In this document: in pieces, positions 1 through 10,989 of the stretch | How the letters are laid out: each line of letters opens with the position of its first letter | How positions within the stretch are numbered: the stretch's first letter is position 1 | Origin: the human T2T-CHM13v2.0 reference genome, Homo sapiens | Assembly (NCBI RefSeq): GCF_009914755.1 | Contig: NC_060940.1 | Strand: one strand, 5' to 3' | Length of the DNA: 64,000 nt | Notes under the pieces: generated by a model | Told to the model about the DNA's origin: nothing | The model's input: only the letters and a program-made list of their open reading frames with translations | Database searches by the model: none | Program-made: the position numbers and the translations under genes

Positions 1-975
1 TAGAAAAAAATTACCATTTGCAATAACAAATTTCAGTAGAATGGATTTTGAAGCAAGACCTATGATCCTAAGACTGTGACATGTATTCTGTGGGTTTTTT
101 TTTTTGTGGGGTGGGGGGTTGTTTTTTTTCTTGCTTTTCCCTCCTCTACTTTTCCCTTTATTTAGTACTCTGGTAATTCCAGGAAAGATACTTTGCCATT
201 AGTCTACAGTGACTCAAGCCTTCTAAAGTTTATTATAAATCCAATACAATTCTACAGTTGCACTGTGGGTATCTTCTTGATGCACTTCAGCTAAAGAATT
301 ATACAAACTATTTCCCCCTCACCCGTACTTGCAGTAAAAACTTGATAAGGCACTGTTTAAATCAGGTTTGATAGAAAAAGAGCTATAAACACGTTAGAAC
401 AGTTTTAAACGAACTATTTCAAAATGTACAAAAGCCATATAAGTGCCAAGTTATAGCACTGCACACCATATTCTGCAACTAAGAACCTAAGAGTCTCTCC
501 ATTAAAAATCCTATTTTCAGTGCTTCATAGCACTTGTATAAAAATCCCATCTGAACCAAGATTAAGGATATAAGGCCTCAGTGAAAGAGCAAGATATTGT
601 GGTTTGTTTAAAGCTTTCAAAAATTTTTAAAACTGTTGAGTTAATGTAGACCAATAATCTACAGATTATATTCACTTTGGTTTTGTCTTTTTATTGTAGA
701 AAATATTAAAAATGTATGTTTTGGTGATGCAGATGGTCAAGACTAAATAATAATGAAATGTATCTTATTTCTATCATATTATTTCTTACTCCAAATCACT
801 AGTTATGAATTAGTTTGTTAGTGATTAAAAAAAGGTATTGCTTGTGAAAATATCTTACCTAGCAGTTCAGGATATTTATGGCATATCATTTCAGTAAATG
901 GGTAATGTATGCAATAAATGCATTTTCCTAGATTTTTGCTAGTTAAATAATAAAAATCTCTAATTATTCTTGTTC
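1..975 (+). other. Probable distal 3'UTR / polyadenylation region of an upstream plus-strand gene (not identified)
   Basis: No interspersed repeats; U-rich; seed matches ACTGTGA 73-79, TTGCACTGTG 258-267, TGCACTT 281-287, GTGCCAA 443-449, AGCACTT 529-535; ATTAAA 501-506 and 705-710; AATAAA 913-918 and 949-954. Confidence 0.5.
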
Positions 976-1286
976 AGCTGGTGCCAAGTAGTGAAGCTTT
1001 TATAAGCCTGCTTGGTAAGACCACTCTCAGATGTTTAATTTATATAATTTAATATTGTATTAAATAATGTAAAAATGTTTATATAATTTATGTATATAAT
1101 CCATTACATAATGTTTTTACTCACAAAGAAATGGTAAATGGAAAAACGTGGGATAACACCCATGTTTGAGAGATTACACTGGAGAGTCCCTCGTTCCCTG
1201 TGGTTCCATGTGAATAGTATAGTCACTTCAGACATCATAGGGTTTCAGTTTTCTGTGTCCTGTAAGAATTGGTGCCCACTGGATAT

Positions 1287-2330
1287 TTTTTAAGTTATTT
1301 AATCATGATAGGAAGATATATCATGAGATCAAACCTCTGAACAAAATGTTAAATGTATAATACATTATTGTTGACTATAGATACAGTGTTGTACAGAAGA
1401 GCTCTAGAGCTTACCTATTGTATTTAACTGAAAGTTTATGGTGTTGATTAGTAACTCTCCAAGTACACCTTTCCCAGTCCTGGAAAACCACCATGCCACT
1501 TTCTGATTCTATGAATTTGATTATTTCAGATACTTCATATAAGTGGAATCATGCAGTATGTGTCTTTCTGTGACTGGCTTCATGTAGCATAATGTCCCCA
1601 AGTTTCATCCACATTGTTACATAGTGTAGAATTTCCTTCTTTTTTTGTTAAGGCTGAACAGTATTTCATTGCACATTTATATCATACTTTCTTCATCTGT
1701 CAGTGGACATTTAGATTGTTTCAACATTTTGGCCATTATCAATAGAAGTGCTCTTAACACAGGAGTGCTAATATCTCTTCTAGGTCCTGATTTCAATAAT
1801 TTTGGTTAAATACCCAGAAGTGGGATTACTGGAACACAAGATAGTTCTATTTTTAATTTTTTATAAACCTCCATACTGTTTTCCATAGAAGCTGCACCAT
1901 TTTGCATTTTAACCAACCGCATAGAGTTTCAGTTTCTCTACATCCTCAGCGATGCTTCTTGTGTGTGTGTGTGTGTGTGTGTGTGTGTCTGAATAGCCAT
2001 CCTGACAGGTGTACGATGACATCTCACTGTGGTTTTGATTTGCATTTCCCTGATGATTTAGTATACCCGTTGGCTATTTGTATGCCGCCTTTGGAGAAAT
2101 GTCTATTCAAGTCCTTAGCTCATTTTTTTAAATAAGCTGATTAGGTCTTTTGATATTGAGTTGTAGGAGTTCCTTATGTAATTGAGATTAACCCCTTATT
2201 AGATACATGGCTTGCAAATATTTTCTTCCATTCTGTATGTTGCCTTTTTTTACTCTGTTGTTTCTTTTGCTGTGCAAAAGTTTTTAGTATGACGTATTCC
2301 ACGTGTTTGTTTCATGTTGCCTGTGCTTTA
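1287..2330 (-). mobile_element. L1 3' portion (L1MA9/L1MB-like), antisense
   Basis: Typical antisense L1M 3' end text: 'tacttcatataagtggaatcatgcagtat', 'tacccagaagtgggattactgga', 'gtggttttgatttgcatttccctgatg'. Confidence 0.9.
1960..1988. repeat. (TG)14 microsatellite inside L1
   Basis: Read directly. Confidence 0.97.
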
Positions 2331-2494
2331 ATAATGGTATTTCTTTTCTGTCACTAATTTGAATCAATTACTATCATAATTATGATGTGTTAAAATCGTA
2401 TATACTGTTTCGATCTTAAAAATTGTGAAGGGACAGGAAGAAAGCTACTATGATCCATTCTCAGAGGGAAGAGGCAAGATTCAGGGTCTCCTGA

Positions 2495-2516
2495 TGACTC
2501 AAGAATCTTCTAGAAT
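2495..2516. promoter_or_regulatory. AP-1 site (TGACTCA 2495-2501) abutting a perfect 3-unit heat-shock element (aGAAt cTTCt aGAAt 2502-2516)
   Basis: Motif match only, in unique sequence. Confidence 0.35.
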
Positions 2517-3204
2517 GTCTCTTCTGGCCAGAACAGGTCAATGAAGGCAGAGCCCACATCAGGCACAGTGCAGGCAACGTGGGAACCACTGTGGCCACCT
2601 AGGGGCAGCGCCAGATGGTATTAAGCCCAGGAATAAAGGTTCCAGGCCTTCAGGAAAGCCCAGGTGATCCTGGAGCCCCTCAGATACACATAGGAAAGGC
2701 TTACAATATATTCCTATATCTGGCCAGGGATCCACTTTCTACACTGAGTTTGGCCCTAGGTCAGTGGTTGTGAACTTTACCTCCCAGGTGAGTAAGATGG
2801 TGTTTGCTGCTGCCAAACCAAATGTTCGTGCTTTTGACATAGGACATGAGTCTTGGCCAACAACTGGACTTTGCCTGACCTTGCTCTCCTCCACCTGTGC
2901 ATGATTTTAATTTTTTCCCATAAATGACCACTATCTCTGCAAAAGATTGGAAGAAGATTCTGGTGATGATGTGTGGGCAGTCCAGTTTCCATTCCTGAGA
3001 AGTGTCGACTTTGAAGAGACAGGTTCCCACAAAATTGCCTAGGGACCAAGTTCTCTTTCCAAAAGTCTGGATGCTGCATGAAAACTCCTCGTGTAACCAG
3101 AATAGCAGATACAGTGGGCACAGAATGGACAGGTGAAGCAGGACCAGTCATCATGAGTCAGCTGGCTTGCCTGTGAGCAGACACTGCATGGGGCACAGGG
3201 AGAC

Positions 3205-3435
3205 CATGAGAGCAAGGCAGTCTCTGTTCCTGCCCTCAAAAACAGCAAACAAAAACAGAAATTTCAGTATTGTAAAGTCTGCATTAGGGTATAATGAGAG
3301 TTTGATAGAGAATCAAAACAAGGACACATGACATAATCTCAAGGAGTTGGGCAGGTAGAAGGGAATGAAATGTTTCCAGGGAGAGTCAGGAAAGTCATTC
3401 TGAAGGAAGAGATATTTAGGAAAAGATTGGAAGAA
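3205..3435 (-). mobile_element. L2 fragment
   Basis: 'tctgttcctgccctcaa' and 'aggaaagtcattctgaaggaagagatatttagg' resemble antisense L2 3' region. Confidence 0.55.
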
Positions 3436-4728
3436 TCCCCATGCACGTTAGAGCTTTCCAGCCAAAAATAATTAGAAATAACCTTTCACTTCCAGCCTAA
3501 CCCCACTATAGATCATTTCCCTGGTTACTATGAAAAGTCAGCTGTAATTAATTAGTGCCCTGAATTGTTCTCAACTTGTTTTCTGAGTAAAAAATGTCTC
3601 CATAATTAATTGATATCTCTGTGAGGGCGGTCACCATCCTGGTCATCTTTTGCACTCCCTGGCGTTTAGCAATGCTAAAAATAGAGAATTTAATTAATAA
3701 GCTCTCATTACATGAATGATTAAATCACATTTTTAAAAAGTAATGTTTGCTAATATTTTGTAAATGTCAAGTAGTCTGTCTTCCTAACACAAGAGAATCT
3801 CTTGAAATGGGCGTAACTTGTGTACGGCTTCTTAGGCCCATTTATCATTTTTATGCTTTGTTTAAAAGTGTTTGAATAATGGGTATAATCTTAGACCTGG
3901 AACTCTAGATCATCACCCAATTCTACCAGAAACATTCTTTTGACTAGTGGAGATTTTTAGACAACTAGATTTCCCGGAGGGCTGTTGTTAAACAGTCATT
4001 GTATCAATGAGAATTATTATGATTCATATTAAAATGGTAAAGCACACAGCCTGGGCTCACACGTATCCAACAGTGATGTCTTCTGGGCTTCTTGTCCAAG
4101 CCACCAGTAAGCACAACCCTCTTTGAACGCCCTTTTGTTTCCAAACTAGCAAATATTTTTCAACAGTAAATGTTAGTCAATAGCATAGACTAATGTGAGC
4201 CTGTGCTAAAAACAGCCGAATCAATATAAACAAAATTTATTTAGTAGCAGAAAATTGCTTCTATGCAATTATCTTGTACTCAGTTTTAACATTAGGGAAA
4301 ATTTTACAATTAGAAACACCTGTTGACAGATTTCTAACTGTCAGTGATAACAGATGCTGCTAAATTACTGTTCTATTCTTAAGTTTGTTTTTCCTAAATG
4401 AACTAATTATGACTACTTAAAAACATGGCCCTAAAATAAAGTGCAGACCCATATGAGAAAGCATATTCTCTGAAAATAGTATAAATTAAAACAAAAAATA
4501 ATTATTTGATGAACAGAATTGTTTGATTTGTCATTCTTTCCTAGACATTTACTTTAGTGACTTGATGTGGCAAGAGGTAAAACTTTGACACATTTTAATA
4601 TGAGTAAAAATATTTCCTTTTCAGCTTTACACAAGTGCCTGAAATCTCTTCTATTTTATTTGAATATTTATAATGTGTATATTTATCATATAACGAGTAT
4701 ATTTATAATATATATTTATCATAACTAC

Positions 4729-5116
4729 TGATGTGATTTGGATCTGTGTCCCCACCCAAATCTCATATTCAATTGTAATCCCCAATGTTGGAGCTGGGCC
4801 TGGTGGAGTGTGATTGGATCATGGGGGTGGTTTCTCATGAGTTGTTTAGCACCATCTGCCTAGTGCTGTTCTTGTGATAGTGTTCTCATGAGATCTGGTT
4901 GTTTGAAAGTGTGTAGCACCTCCCAGGCATGTGAAGTGCTGGCTACCCTTTGCCTTCCACCCTGATTAGGAGCTTCCTGAGGCCTCCCCAGAAGCAGAAG
5001 CCGTTGTGCTTCCTGTATAGCCTGTGGAACTGTGAGCCAATTAAACCTCTTTTTTTGTTTGTAAATTACCCAATCTCAGGTATTTCTTTACAGCAGTGCA
5101 AGAATGGACTAATACA
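4729..5116 (+). mobile_element. MSTA-like MaLR solo LTR
   Basis: Starts 'tgatgtgatttggatctgtgtccccacccaaatctc', ends 'gaatggactaataca'. Confidence 0.92.
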
Positions 5117-5182
5117 ACCCCATATCATGTTATATGGCTCACTGGGAAATGACTGAAATGTGGGCTATTATCCTCTTTATTT

Positions 5183-5262
5183 CATAACTGTGAACTTAGA
5201 AAACTATGGGTAAGTTATTTAACTTATCTCTGTCTTAGTACCTTATCTGTAAAATCAGAACA
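5183..5262 (+). mobile_element. MIR fragment (apparently resumes ~5921-5957 after an LTR insertion)
   Basis: 'gggtaagttatttaacttatctctgtcttagtaccttatctgtaaaat' matches the MIR core. Confidence 0.65.
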
Positions 5263-5263
5263 C

Positions 5264-5919
5264 CACCAGTTAAGCCAGCTGGGCTGGGACTATAATCCAC
5301 ACTTCCCCCTAAGCCAGCTTTTCCTTATTAAGTTTTGCCAAAAGCAGATGCTAGGGAGAGACTGCAAGGCTGGAGGAGAAGGGAGGGACCCACTTCTTTC
5401 TTATTGCTTTGTGTTATTTCCCCTGGCAAGCCTGTCTCCTTCCTATTCATGTGAACATCAATCACCCTAGCCTTGCTGCTTCACCCTGGTAGAGGCAGTT
5501 CATTCCTACATCAGCAACTAAATCCAGTGTGGAGCTTTTCCAGTGTTTGCAGGGTCAGCTTCATCTTAGCCCTCTCCATCAGAGACACTCGCATCAAAAA
5601 GTAATACCTGGCCTCAAACCTCAGGAGTCCTGTGGAATTCATGCTATGCTACCAGAGACATGAGCATCAGCTGAGCAGTGACTCTTCCTTGGAGGCCTGA
5701 GTGTCAGCCCCAAGAGTCTGTCCTTCATGCCTCCAATTTTAATAATTTTAAACTCAGTCCAAATGGTGATAACTGCTTTCTGAAATTACTGTGATAGCTC
5801 AGTTTTCTCTGGTGGCATTTTTAGTTACTTAGCAAATAGTTTGTTACAGCAAGTTAAAAAATCTCTAGATCAAAATTTCTGGTGTTACTTCTGTTTCCTA
5901 ATTGGACTCTGACTGACAT
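5264..5919 (+). mobile_element. Old ERVL-class solo LTR (LTR33-like)
   Basis: Ends 'ctgtttcctaattggactctgactgaca'; interrupts a MIR; candidate AACAC target-site duplication. Confidence 0.5.
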
Positions 5920-5960
5920 AACACTAATGTCTACATCACATCGCTGCTATGAAGATCGCC

Positions 5961-6065
5961 TTCATTCCTTTACTATTCAGCGTCTGAATACTATGGTGGG
6001 GCATCTTCCTTGTGCCAGGTACTGTCTTTGGGCAGCGGACACAGAATAATGATTAAGACACAGAA
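5961..6065 (-). mobile_element. L2 3' end fragment
   Basis: 'ttcattcctt...tgtgccaggtactgtctttggg'. Confidence 0.6.
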
Positions 6066-6925
6066 GATTATGATGAATCAAATTTAGCAGTACTGTATAC
6101 CATATAGAGCTCAGAAATTTAGAGAATCTTCTGGTTTTAACTATGGTTGGACACTTACAATAACCCTACTGAAGATAAAGCATATTATGCATGGTAGCAT
6201 GGCCAAGAAATTTAAGAGTCTCGCCTTGGAGACTTTGAAGGCAAGAGATATAAGTGAAGAAAGGTTCTAACAAGTATCTGCCACCCTAAAACACTGCTAT
6301 GAATTAGCCTTCCTTTCCAGGGCAGTGAAATTCTTGCCTTTATTTGCAGAGGCTGCTTCAGGCCTTTAGTTTAGCTCATTGAAGTGACACAAAAGAGGAG
6401 ATGAATTGGAAGGAGTTCCAAGAAGTTAAAAAAGAAAAAGAAAAAAGACTCAGAGCAATGGAAGGGCAGAGTAATGAGGCAAGACTGCAACAACTCAATG
6501 TATTTTTATCTATTATTCAACTAAGTGCAATTGTGACATCTAAAAATAAGTGATGCAGAAAAAGAAAAATAATTACAGGGAAGATAATATATAATAATTA
6601 CTGAAAAGATTATGCTTTAAATAATGAGGTAGGAGTAAAGTAGGAATAACTCGAGCTGATTATAGAGACTCAATTTCTCACACTGAGGTGAGAAGAGTGT
6701 TATTTCAAATTCACAGTCCTTAAAAAAAAGAACAGACAAAACATGTAATTATTATCTGCCAACAATGTGGAGTAAAATGACGCAGAGGTGTTTGTCTGTT
6801 TTTAATTTATAAAGTTCTACATGTTTCACAAGTTATCCAACCTGTGCATTTCTGTTTAAAGTACTGAGAAAATTCCTAGTCTTGGAAATGTCTGTGTTCT
6901 TTTTCTGATAGACACTGGTAAGTGC

Positions 6926-6958
6926 CACACACATACACACACACACACACACATACAT
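6926..6958. repeat. Interrupted (CA)n microsatellite
   Basis: Read directly. Confidence 0.9.
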
Positions 6959-7221
6959 AAACATAAAAAAATTGGTAAACTTTAGGTGTATCTATGGATA
7001 CCACTTTTGCTATTTAACTATCATAAAACAAATCTCGAATGAAAATATATTGTAAGTATGAAATGTAATCTCTGGTTTAAAATGTAAACTTTGCGGTATG
7101 ATGAATGTTAACATGACATGAATATGATCACAATCAAGTAACAAAAGCCAATATATTTCGTGGTCATCTATGTTACTTTGTAATTTTTCATTAAAAAATT
7201 ACCAATATTACAAGTGATTAG

Positions 7222-7610
<389 letters not shown>

Positions 7611-8293
7611 TCTTTTGTTTTTTAAGGGTCTATAAGTTAATCATCCTTGTTGGTCTTCACTATAGACATTGATTGTCTTTACGTATGAAATAACCTTTTA
7701 GAAATATGTCTTCAGAGCTCCCTGTCATGTTCCGCATGCAAGGTCCTCTTTGTTACCAAGAGAAAGGAGTTCACTTCTGGATTGAGTTAAATATCAGGTC
7801 ATTGTATTTGATTGACAACACAATTTCTCAGAGGTTTTGAAGCATGTTTGCTTTTTTTCTGTTTCTTGCACCTCAGTCAGATTTTGTCCGTTCTTTGAAA
7901 GGTCCTGGATCTGAGGTTATATATCTTCCTTGATAACTAGAAGCTGAAAAAGAAACTTTCAGAAACACAGTAAAATATAATTATGATGTCACTTTTTGAT
8001 GTTTTAGTTTTATGCTTATATTTTTAAATAAAACCTCTGTATAAAGTATAAAGTAGTTTAGAAAACATTTTGAAACACAGAATTACCATGTAGAGCAAAA
8101 ACAAACCTGACTCTGGAGTTATAATCGTATCAGAATGACTCATCTAAACATTTATCAGAGATTTGGGGGATAGGCAAGAATATTTTTGTTTGGTTAGAAA
8201 CCTTTTGGGGTGATGGTTAGTTCTCTGGTCCAGCTTTAGCTGAGCTAGAACCATAAAGTCTTTAATTTCATGAAGTATGGGAGCCTATTTTCT

Positions 8294-8437
8294 TGCCTGG
8301 CTAATTTTTTAAATTTTTTGGAGAGGCATGGTCTCACTATGTTGCCAGGCTGGTCTCAAACTTCTGGCCTCAAGCTATTTTCCCGCCTCAGCCTCCTAGA
8401 AATGGTGGAATTACAGGCATGAGCCGCATTGCCCAGC
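8294..8437 (-). mobile_element. Alu left monomer (FLAM/AluJ-like)
   Basis: 'ggtctcactatgttgccaggctggtctcaaacttctggcctcaagc...ttacaggcatgagcc'. Confidence 0.88.
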
Positions 8438-8754
8438 AAAAGCCTCTAAGTGGTGATTTGCTGTTTGGCCTGAGAGTAATTTGGAGGCTGTGGCTGAGTC
8501 AGCTCCTCTTGTTGACTGAGCTGATGTCACTTTTGACCTTCATTGTTCCATAATTCCTTATGAAACTCTTCTGAAGCACTGAGAACCATCGACGGATCAT
8601 ATCAGCATGAAGTTATAGAAGTATAAGAGAACTTAGGAAGCTAAGTGTTCCACCTTATGAGAGGAAAATTCCTCTTGTACCTTATGAGAGGAAAATGATG
8701 CCTGGAGCTCTTAAATTAATTATTAAAGCACTACAGCATGTTTTAACTATGAAT

Positions 8755-8996
8755 AATAACAATAGTATGTATTGAATATTTGATACACATCAGTCACTAA
8801 GCTAAGGGCTGCCCATACAAGATGTAATCTTTACCTTAGCCGTGTGAAATAGGTATTATCATTATCTTCATTTTACAGAAAAGGAAACTGAAGTAAAGAT
8901 GAATGGTGTAATTTATTGTAGGTCTCACATCTAGAATGTGGAAAGATTAGAACTCAGATGCCTGGGTCTCAGAGGTTCTGCTCTTCAGCACTGCCA
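8755..8996 (-). mobile_element. MIR
   Basis: 'aggtattatcattatcttcattttacagaaaaggaaactgaag' antisense core. Confidence 0.8.
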
Positions 8997-9103
8997 TGTA
9001 CTTATTCATAGCTGGTTAAACAAGTAAGAGCTGGAGCAAAGTGTCAGGGACTCAGGAATGAATAAACCTCTGTCTCTGTACCCCTGGATGTCACAATTTA
9101 GCA

Positions 9104-9293
9104 CAGGGGTTGGCAAACTTTGTCTCTCAAGGCCCAGATAGTAAATATTATAGGCTTTGTGAGCCAATACAATCTCTGTGGCAACTACTCAACGTTGCCA
9201 TTTTAACATGATACCAGCCAGAGCTAGTATATGAATTAATGAACATGGCTGTGCTCCAATAAAACTGTATTTACAAAAACAGGCTAGTGGCCA
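9104..9293 (-). mobile_element. MER58A hAT-Charlie MITE inserted in L2
   Basis: TIR 'caggggttggcaaac'; 'ccagatagtaaatatt', 'ggctgtgctccaataaaactgtatttacaaaaacagg'. Confidence 0.88.
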
Positions 9294-9299
9294 ATTTAC

Positions 9300-9760
9300 T
9301 TTGCAACATGTCATCAAATAGAATAATTACATAAATATATAATTTATATAACTAAGACATAAGTCCTGAGGGTGACATTTATAAATGGCAGAATCATAGA
9401 GGAGTGATGGATCCTGCCTGAGATATTTAGACACAGGAAGCAACATTTAAGCAAATATATTGAGGAATTAGTAGTAACATTAGAAGTAACATTAGAAGTA
9501 ACACTATGTAGGCAAGATGGAAAGACATTTGCAGCAGAGGTGACAGCATAAGTAAAACCTTGGAGGCATGGCATTCAGGAAACAGGTAATTTAACAAGAT
9601 AAAGTACAGGTATGTGCTGAGGAATAGTGGGAGAAAAAAGACAGATATATTAATAGATGGGGAAAAGGGGATAGTGTATGATAGCCCTAAAGCAGTGCTA
9701 AGAAACTTTATTTTAGATGGCACAAAAGGGAAGGCATTAAAAACTCTTCAAAAAAGAAAG
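9300..9760 (-). mobile_element. L2 fragment (also ~9040-9100)
   Basis: Degenerate antisense L2: 'gcagcagaggtgacagcataagtaaaaccttggaggcatg'. Confidence 0.55.
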
Positions 9761-10605
9761 CATTATTATACTTATGTATTTAAAAAATTAACTTTTTCAG
9801 CATTTTCTTGAAAGGGAAAAATGTGATAAAACTTATTTTAAGAGTGCCTGCTTTTTATTGGACATATCCAAGTTTTAAAATACAGTTTAACTTCAAGAAA
9901 TATATAGCAGGAAGAAATAAAAATGAAAAGGACAGTGTCAGCTTTTGTAACTTGTGATAATATTATAACCTTTTTACAATGCCCTGAAGTTATACTTTTA
10001 GTTTAATTAATCTTCACCTTTGGATTCATACGTAGTTTTTATGTTATTCATGAATAAGAAATTTGTGTAATAATTTTTCCTCTCTTCTAGTACAAATAAA
10101 AACCTTTAATAAAAATTTTATCATTACAAGAAGGCTTTAAAAGTATATTTTATGCCCCAATATTGTTTTTTGGGAGGAATGTGTAGAACATCATGTTTAT
10201 GTTTTGTTCTGGGTCCAAATGCAGTTGGAAATAAGACTCTAGTAGATGAGGGATGTGGACAGAAGAGCAATGTCCTTGAAGTTAGGACATGTGACACCTC
10301 TTCAGACCCTACCACTGATTAGCTGCTTCACCTTGAATTTACTAATCCTCAAACTAGAAAGTAGATTACATGCTGTAACAATACATGAGAGTATTTCTAA
10401 AAACAAAAATAGCTTTGGTGAGTACATAACAGCCGGCAGACCCAACTGTACTTTTATAGCATCAACTTTTTGATTTTTCCAATGACACACCATATATCAA
10501 AATGAAAACTTGGGAATGAAAATAGGAGTCTTCTGCAAAGTGGTGCTCTAATAATTGGAAAAGATTAATGTCTCTGAGACTTGTGAAATCGTCAATAGAA
10601 CCTTG

Positions 10606-10658
10606 ACCTTGGATTCCCCATGATTCTTAATCACCTTGGATTCCCTATGATTCTTAAT
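10606..10658. repeat. 27-bp tandem duplication
   Basis: accttggattccc(c/t)atgattcttaat at 10606-10631 and 10633-10658. Confidence 0.93.
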
Positions 10659-10989
10659 ATAGAACAATATACTAATGTTTTCAAAAGAACTAACATAAAA
10701 TCACAGTGGAAGATTAAAAAAAAAAAAACTTGTGGTTAAAATAGTCATTCCTTCATGTCATAAGCCGTGGTTATGGTTTAGGTTTCCTTCAGCTTAAATC
10801 CAGCAACTCTCTTGGGTACCTAGGTCTTGGCATTGACAGAGACAGCACTGCCTAGAAGTTAACAGTGCAATGTTAGTCAGATACAATCATTTTCATAATA
10901 GGTTTCCCCACCTGAACCATAAACAGGTTATTGTTCTGGAATGATCCCTCATGTTTCTGAGGACAGGTATGGTGATTGGAGAAAAAGAA

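Noticed and set aside
2761-3248. Overlapping minus-strand ORFs (89, 125 and 69 aa) as a gene or processed pseudogene
   Set aside because: No recognisable protein family and no poly(A)/TSD; long frames are expected in a GC-richer patch
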